A stretch of 64,000 nucleotides of DNA, from NCBI GenBank assembly GCA_017857595.1, contig JAFMCU010000003.1:7403-71402 (forward strand), read 5' to 3'. The stretch's first letter is position 1, and every line of letters starts with the position of its first letter. Both the position numbers and the translations under genes were made by a program. This stretch comes from Thermoprotei archaeon (GTDB taxonomy: Archaea; Thermoproteota; Thermoprotei; Gearchaeales; Gearchaeaceae). Below are positions 58,570 through 64,000 of the stretch, piece after piece. The notes beneath the pieces were generated by a model. It had not been told where the DNA came from and ran no database searches. It saw nothing but the letters and a program-made list of their open reading frames with translations.

Positions 58570-59314
58570 AATTAAATATTTCTTGTGCGTTTTTTGTTGT
58601 TGCATTAATAACTTCATTAATAGGTATTTTTTTAATTTCAGCTATTTTGGCTGCAGATATTACGATGTTAGAAGGAGTATTAATTATATCTTTTGTCGGT
58701 CCTAATACAGGGGCATCGCTCTCTAGTAGAATTTTATCCAAAGGTAGATGTTTAGCCATTTTTTGTTTCTGTTCAGATCTAACTATTGAAGGAGGGATAG
58801 AAAAATAGAAACCTTTTTTGACTCCTTCAATTGCATAACCTACTGAACCATCAAATGCATGCATTATAACTCTTTTAGCTCCTTCTTCTGTTAATATTTT
58901 AATAGCATATTTTCCAGCACTTCTAGAATGAACTACTATTGGCATATTTAGTTCATTAGAAAAACTAATCCAATTTTTGAATATCGTTTCTTGTTTCTTT
59001 TTTTCTTCTTCTTTTATAAATATAAAATAATCTAATCCAACTTCGCCTATTCCAATTATTTTATTAATTCTTCTTCTTATTTCCATCATAAACTCATTTA
59101 CTTTATCTAAATCTAAAATTGTATAATCTAAGCTTGCTGTACAAAATATTAAACTTGGATATTTTTCCATGATTAGAAAGGTTTTTTCTAATGAATCGAT
59201 ATTTAATGCTGATGAAACAATCTTTGTAACTCCTACCTTAACAGCGTTGGATATTATTTCATCTCTATTTGAATCAAACTCTTTTGCATCAATATGACAA
59301 TGTACATCTATCAT
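58562..59314 (-). CDS. tatD: TatD-family nuclease
   Basis: IDVHCH, GEVGLD, VHSR, MHAF, LESDAP. Confidence 0.93.
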   Translation of the reverse strand: MIDVHCHIDAKEFDSNRDEIISNAVKVGVTKIVSSALNIDSLEKTFLIMEKYPSLIFCTASLDYTILDLDKVNEFMMEIRRRINKIIGIGEVGLDYFIFIKEEEKKKQETIFKNWISFSNELNMPIVVHSRSAGKYAIKILTEEGAKRVIMHAFDGSVGYAIEGVKKGFYFSIPPSIVRSEQKQKMAKHLPLDKILLESDAPVLGPTKDIINTPSNIVISAAKIAEIKKIPINEVINATTKNAQEIFNFK

Positions 59315-59341
59315 GATATGAGAATGTTTTTTTTATTAAAA

Positions 59342-60322
59342 TTAATAACTCACTTTATAATTTTTCAAGGACTGTCTAATTTCGTTTAATTCTTTTTCTC
59401 TTATGTTTCTCCTTATATTTGCTTCTTCCCATTCTTTAATTTCTGCTTCTGATTTTGGAGTATATTCAGGTAATTTTGTAGGCTTGCCATTTTTATCGAT
59501 GTTAACAAAAACAGTATGTACGGTACAAACATGTCTCTTTATGTTTTCAAAAGGAGTTTCTGCTATAATCTTAACCTTTATTTCCATCGAGCTTTTCCAA
59601 ACTCCTGTTATTGCTGCATCTAAAGTTATAATATCACCTATTCTTATAGGAGAATAAAATTCCATTTTTTCTAAACTACCAGTAACGCATATTCCATTGG
59701 AATATTTAGAAGCCAATATGCTAGCTATTTCATCTATATACATTAGCAATTTTCCTGCAAACATAAGGTTTCCTTGAAAAGCATCTTCCGGCATTGCTAA
59801 TCTGTATGTTGTTAATCTCCAGCTAAATTCATCCAAAAGTTTAATATCATTAACCTTGATTTTTCTGTCTGCTATTCTTTCATTCCTTACTTCTTTTCTT
59901 TGTTTTGCTTTCAAATATATATCATTTTCATCATTATCAGGCTCTATTTTTTCATCAAGTTCTCTTGGTCTTCCTTGATAATCTACAGCTACAAATGACA
60001 TGTAAGCTTTTGTAGCATGCTTTATAATTTTTGTGGCTGATTCTTCAAGTTGCACGTCAACAGATACTTCCATAGAACTTCTGCTTATATATTCGACTTG
60101 AGCACTCAAAATTACATTATGGCCAAGTTTAACTGGTTCTAAGAAATATATGCTGTCAAGCGAACCGAGAACTGTAAATCCTTTAGATACTTTAGTGGCA
60201 GCAATGGTACCTACTAAAACGATCCAATTCATCATTCTACCTCCATATAATGTTCCAATTGGATTTGCGTATTCAGGTAAAACATAATATGTAGTTAAAA
60301 TTTTTGTATCCTTTATTCTCAT
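59342..60322 (-). CDS. Double hot-dog acyl-CoA thioesterase
   Basis: ANPIGTLYGG and GNLMFAG repeats; SSMEV/SSMEI; FVAVD/FVNID. Confidence 0.88.
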   Translation of the reverse strand: MRIKDTKILTTYYVLPEYANPIGTLYGGRMMNWIVLVGTIAATKVSKGFTVLGSLDSIYFLEPVKLGHNVILSAQVEYISRSSMEVSVDVQLEESATKIIKHATKAYMSFVAVDYQGRPRELDEKIEPDNDENDIYLKAKQRKEVRNERIADRKIKVNDIKLLDEFSWRLTTYRLAMPEDAFQGNLMFAGKLLMYIDEIASILASKYSNGICVTGSLEKMEFYSPIRIGDIITLDAAITGVWKSSMEIKVKIIAETPFENIKRHVCTVHTVFVNIDKNGKPTKLPEYTPKSEAEIKEWEEANIRRNIREKELNEIRQSLKNYKVSY

Positions 60323-60449
60323 ATAGTAGTTTTACTTATTTTTACCGACTAATATGCTTTATGAAAAAGATTTGAATAAGACTTTATTTTTCATTAAATA
60401 CTGTTTAATTGTTGTATAAAAATGTTTGTTAAATTATAGATATAATTAA

Positions 60450-60504
60450 TTGACAAATTTTCTATTAAAGAGCACTTTTTCTAATTTAGAAAATAATTTG
60501 TCAA
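60450..60504. promoter_or_regulatory. Inverted repeat upstream of glnA
   Basis: TTGACAAATT (60450-60459) and AATTTGTCAA (60495-60504), imperfectly extended inward by TTCTA/TAGAA. Confidence 0.4.
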
Positions 60505-60583
60505 CATAACCAAGATTATATTAAAAATTTTTTTAAAATATTATCAATAAAAGTTTATATATTTAATTATTACTAAGAAAAAT

Positions 60584-61999
60584 ATGAATGAATTTATTGA
60601 GAATGCTTTAAAACTTCTAAAAGAAAACGACGTCGATTGGGTTGATCTACATTTTACTGATTTGCCAGGAAGATTGCATCATATAACTGTAAGAGCAAAG
60701 GAATTCAATGAAGATAGCTTCAAGAACGGATTTGGTAAGCTAGATGGTAGCAGTATTAGAGGGTTTACAAATATATATGAGAGTGACCTTGTTTTAGTTC
60801 CAATACCTGAAACCATGACTTTAGTTCCTTGGTCGCAAAAAATGGCAAGAGTAATATGTAAAGTTTTTTGGGGAGGTGATAAGGGAAGGTTTGAAAGGGA
60901 TCCAAGATTGTTTGCTGAAAATACAGAAGAATACTTAAATAATCAAGGTTATTTAACATTCTATGGTCCAGAACTTGAATTTTTCATATTTGATAAAGTA
61001 GAATTGGACATAACATCTCCTCAAGGAGGAACCGGTTATAAAATTTATTCTCGTGAAGCACCTTGGTCTAAAAATGGTTCTTATTTGATTAGATATAAAG
61101 AAGGTTATTATCCTGTTCCACCAATAGACCAGTTAATGGATGTAAGGGTTGAAGCAATAGATGTATTATCTAAGAATTTTGGATTTTTAATAGAAACTAC
61201 TCATCATGAAGTTGCAACTGCTGGTCAAGGGGAAATAGATTTCAGATACTCTACACTTGTTGATACTGCAGATAAAGTTCAAACGTTGAAATATGTAGTA
61301 AAAAATGTCGCATCAAAAAGAGGTATGGTTGCGACGTTTATGCCAAAGCCTTTATACGGAGATAATGGTACAGGAATGCATGTCCATATTAGCTTTTGGA
61401 CTAAAGATGGGATGAAGAATTTAATGTATGATCCCAATGAAGATTACGCAGAAATAAGCCAAATTGGTAGATATGCAATAGGTGGTCTTCTCGAGCATGC
61501 TAGATCTTTATCGGCTATAGTATCCCCTACAACAAATAGTTATCGAAGACTTGTACCTGGATTTGAAGCACCTGTTTATCTTGTTTGGAGTAAATCAAAT
61601 AGAAGTTCAATTATTCGAGTTCCTGCATATTATAAAGGTATGGAAAAATCTAAGAGAATTGAATATAGGGCTCCAGATGCAGCTTGTAATCCATATCTTG
61701 CATTTGCTGCTATATCATTAGCTGCTTTAGATGGCATAAATAAAAAAATAGATCCTGGAGACCCGGTTGATGATAATGTTTATCATTTATCACCAGAAAA
61801 AAGAAAGCAATTAAAAATAAGAGAGCTTCCCAGATCTTTAGATGAAGCTTTAGATGAATTAGAAACTGATAATGAATATTTAAAGCCAATATTTAATTCT
61901 TCTATTCTCGATACTTATATAGAAATTAAAAGGGAAGAAGCAAAATCTATACAACAATATCCTCATCCCATGGAGATTTATTATTATTTAGATATATAA
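60584..61999 (+). CDS. glnA: Glutamine synthetase type I
   Basis: [51 protein letters not shown]...NPY. Confidence 0.97.
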   Translation: MNEFIENALKLLKENDVDWVDLHFTDLPGRLHHITVRAKEFNEDSFKNGFGKLDGSSIRGFTNIYESDLVLVPIPETMTLVPWSQKMARVICKVFWGGDKGRFERDPRLFAENTEEYLNNQGYLTFYGPELEFFIFDKVELDITSPQGGTGYKIYSREAPWSKNGSYLIRYKEGYYPVPPIDQLMDVRVEAIDVLSKNFGFLIETTHHEVATAGQGEIDFRYSTLVDTADKVQTLKYVVKNVASKRGMVATFMPKPLYGDNGTGMHVHISFWTKDGMKNLMYDPNEDYAEISQIGRYAIGGLLEHARSLSAIVSPTTNSYRRLVPGFEAPVYLVWSKSNRSSIIRVPAYYKGMEKSKRIEYRAPDAACNPYLAFAAISLAALDGINKKIDPGDPVDDNVYHLSPEKRKQLKIRELPRSLDEALDELETDNEYLKPIFNSSILDTYIEIKREEAKSIQQYPHPMEIYYYLDI

Positions 62000-62292
62000 T
62001 TAAGCCTAGATATTTTTCTATTTATTCCAAATAATTCTTTAACTATATCAAAAGATTTTCCGATTTTTATGATATCGTAAATTAGTAATCCCGCTCCTAT
62101 GAAATCTGTTATATGAGTTGGGTCTGGTATAGCAAGTAAAGCAATTGCCAGTTTCCTAATTTTTAGACTTTTTAAAAAATAATCGTCTCTTAATTTAATA
62201 CTTTCATCAATTTTCTTTAAATCAAATGCGAGAGAACGATAATAGTTTTTATATTCATTTAGAAGCCAGTTTACTTTTTTAAAGTTATTCAT
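61984..62292 (-). CDS. Hypothetical protein
   Basis: ATG start; hydrophobic hairpin [18 protein letters not shown]; no family recognised. Confidence 0.5.
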   Translation of the reverse strand: MNNFKKVNWLLNEYKNYYRSLAFDLKKIDESIKLRDDYFLKSLKIRKLAIALLAIPDPTHITDFIGAGLLIYDIIKIGKSFDIVKELFGINRKISRLNYISK

Positions 62293-62409
62293 TCAATTAT
62301 TATATTGATTATTTAAAAAACGAATAAAAAATACTATTTTTTGTATTACATAGATAATACGTTCATGAAAGCTTATAATCAATTAGATGTTTGGTATCTA
62401 GATTTTAGT

Positions 62410-62709
62410 TCAACCTATACCTAAGATTGCTTTAGCTTCCTCAGACATCATTTCCGGTGTCCATCTTGGTTCCCATACAAGGTCAATTTGTACGTCTTTT
62501 ACACCTGGTAATTTAAGTACTTCAGTTCTAACCTGGTCTAATACAAAAGGTCCAGTTGGACAAAATGGAGTTGTGAAAGTCATTTTAATGTAAACTTTAT
62601 CTTCTTCAATTTTGATATCATAAATTAATCCTAAATCAACTATATTTACAGGTATTTCAGGGTCATAGCAATTCTTTAAAGCATTTAAAACTTCTTCTTT
62701 AGTTACCAT
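62410..62709 (-). CDS. DUF59 (SufT/MIP18-like) Fe-S maturation protein
   Basis: DPEIPVNIVDLGL, TTPFCP, WEPRWTPEMMS. Confidence 0.92.
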   Translation of the reverse strand: MVTKEEVLNALKNCYDPEIPVNIVDLGLIYDIKIEEDKVYIKMTFTTPFCPTGPFVLDQVRTEVLKLPGVKDVQIDLVWEPRWTPEMMSEEAKAILGIG

Positions 62710-62734
62710 TTCTTTGTTTAAACTATTTTACTAT

Positions 62735-63808
62735 TTATATATTTTTTACGTCTTGTTTTGCATATTTGCTTAACGCTATAACGCTTATACGTGCAGCAAC
62801 TTTCTTTGCAATTTCATAATAACATCTGCTGGCTTCATTATGACTTATATCTATTGTTATAGGTTGTCCTTCATCTGATCTTTCTCTTATAAATGAATCT
62901 AGTGGTATTTCTCCTAAAAAAGGCATATTAAGTTTCTCAGCAATTGCTTTACCTCCACCATACCCAAAAATCTCTGATCTTTTACCGCAGTGAGGACAAA
63001 TAAAGTAACTCATATTTTCTATTATGCCGATGATATTAGTATTCAACTTTTTAAACATTTGTAATGATTTGGTTGCTATTGTATATGATGTAGGTTGAGG
63101 AGTTGTTACAATAATAACTCCAGCTAATGGTAAAGTTTGTGCGAGCGTTAGTGGAATATCTCCTGTTCCAGGAGGTAAATCTACAATAAGATAATCCAAA
63201 TCTCCCCATTCAACTTCAGTTATTAATTGCTTTAAAACATTAGATATTATTGGCCCTCTCCAGATAAGAGGCGTATCTTCTGTAATAAAAAAACCTACAG
63301 AGATAACCTTTACATTATGTACTTCAGGCGGGTATATTTTTTTACCATCAGTTTTTGGTGGCTCTTTAACGCCCATAATTCTTGGTACACTTGGACCATA
63401 GATATCACCATCTAATAAGCCAACCTTTGCGCCTAAATTTGCTAATGCAATTGCTAGATTGCATGCAACAGTTGTTTTACCGACACCTCCTTTTCCGCTC
63501 GCTATAGCTATGACATTTTTTACTGTAGGCAAAATATCTTCAGGCATTATAATTCTAGAAGGATTAACCTTTGCACCTACTTTAACTTCAATTTTTCCAA
63601 TTTCTTTTAATTCAGATAAAGATGCCTTAACTCTAGCTTCCACCTCATCCTTCAAAGGACAAGCAGGGGTTGTTAAATCAACATATACAGTAACATCGTT
63701 ACCTTTAATTTCAACCTTTCTTACCATGCCCAATCTTACAATACTTGCACCTAGTTCAGGATCTTTAACTTTAGATAAAGCATCCATTACTTCTTTTTCA
63801 TCAACCAT
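62735..63808 (-). CDS. mrp: Mrp/NBP35 Fe-S cluster carrier ATPase with N-terminal DUF59
   Basis: DPEL..TTPACP, GKGGVGKT, DIYGPS, WRGP, DLPPGTGD, ENMS..CPHC. Confidence 0.94.
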   Translation of the reverse strand: MVDEKEVMDALSKVKDPELGASIVRLGMVRKVEIKGNDVTVYVDLTTPACPLKDEVEARVKASLSELKEIGKIEVKVGAKVNPSRIIMPEDILPTVKNVIAIASGKGGVGKTTVACNLAIALANLGAKVGLLDGDIYGPSVPRIMGVKEPPKTDGKKIYPPEVHNVKVISVGFFITEDTPLIWRGPIISNVLKQLITEVEWGDLDYLIVDLPPGTGDIPLTLAQTLPLAGVIIVTTPQPTSYTIATKSLQMFKKLNTNIIGIIENMSYFICPHCGKRSEIFGYGGGKAIAEKLNMPFLGEIPLDSFIRERSDEGQPITIDISHNEASRCYYEIAKKVAARISVIALSKYAKQDVKNI

Positions 63809-63858
63809 ACAAAACTCATGTAATCAATAACGTATTTAAAAGTTAAACTAATGAAAAA

Positions 63859-64000
63859 TTAAAAGAAATCTGGTAAATTTATCTTTTTATTTTTTATTTC
63901 ATTATATATTGAAAGAATCGTTTTAAAATCCTTTAATAAGGCATCTTTCATCTTTGGATTATATAAAGCTACTGCAGGATGATATGTTGGAAAATAAATT
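63859..64000 (-). CDS. udg: Family-4 uracil-DNA glycosylase, C-terminal fragment (starts outside the window)
   Basis: Not in the ORF track; manual translation IYFPTYHPAVALYNPKMKDALLKDF...KINLPDFF-stop carries the TYHPA motif. Confidence 0.72.
   Translation of the reverse strand, partial: IYFPTYHPAVALYNPKMKDALLKDFKTILSIYNEIKNKKINLPDFF

Noticed and set aside
185-63830. Many short antisense or overlapping ORFs in the track (e.g. 185..433, 875..1189, 1265..1702, 6615..7037, 33744..34247, 51335..51823, 63459..63830)
   Set aside because: They lie opposite or inside well-supported genes, have the Ile/Ser/Phe/Leu-rich composition of shadow frames, and show no motifs.
1-64000. tRNA, rRNA, CRISPR arrays, IS elements
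   Set aside because: No GC-rich structured islands, regularly spaced repeats or transposase motifs seen by eye; tRNAscan-SE, Infernal and CRISPR finders were not run.

Overview
A strongly AT-rich, gene-dense chromosomal segment from a thermophilic archaeon, most likely TACK/Thermoproteota. The evidence is reverse gyrase, a single-OB SSB, a ThermoDBP-like protein, XPB-Bax1, DUF929-VKOR and pantoate kinase; the exact lineage cannot be fixed from this window. Main content: (i) partial reverse gyrase at the left edge and partial family-4 UDG at the right edge, both missing from the ORF track; (ii) fused fixAB-fixC-fixX and a second etfBA pair; (iii) pyrFEBIC; (iv) a compact methanopterin-type pterin/modified-folate cluster (mptD, mptE, mptG, DUF447, DHPS-like); (v) an E. 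coli-type frdABCD head-to-head with a complex I-like operon ABCDHIJK-N that lacks EFG, L and M; (vi) an ArsR-DsrE-TusA-cysteine synthase-MerA locus with operator-like palindromes; (vii) an odd minus-strand block encoding a stand-alone Spo11/Top6A-like protein, a tandem-domain ThyX and two small orphan domains; (viii) glnA and Fe-S carrier genes. I found no tRNA, rRNA, CRISPR array or IS element. One ORF-track entry (35038..35961) is on the minus strand, not plus. All calls come from reading motifs by eye; no database search was run.
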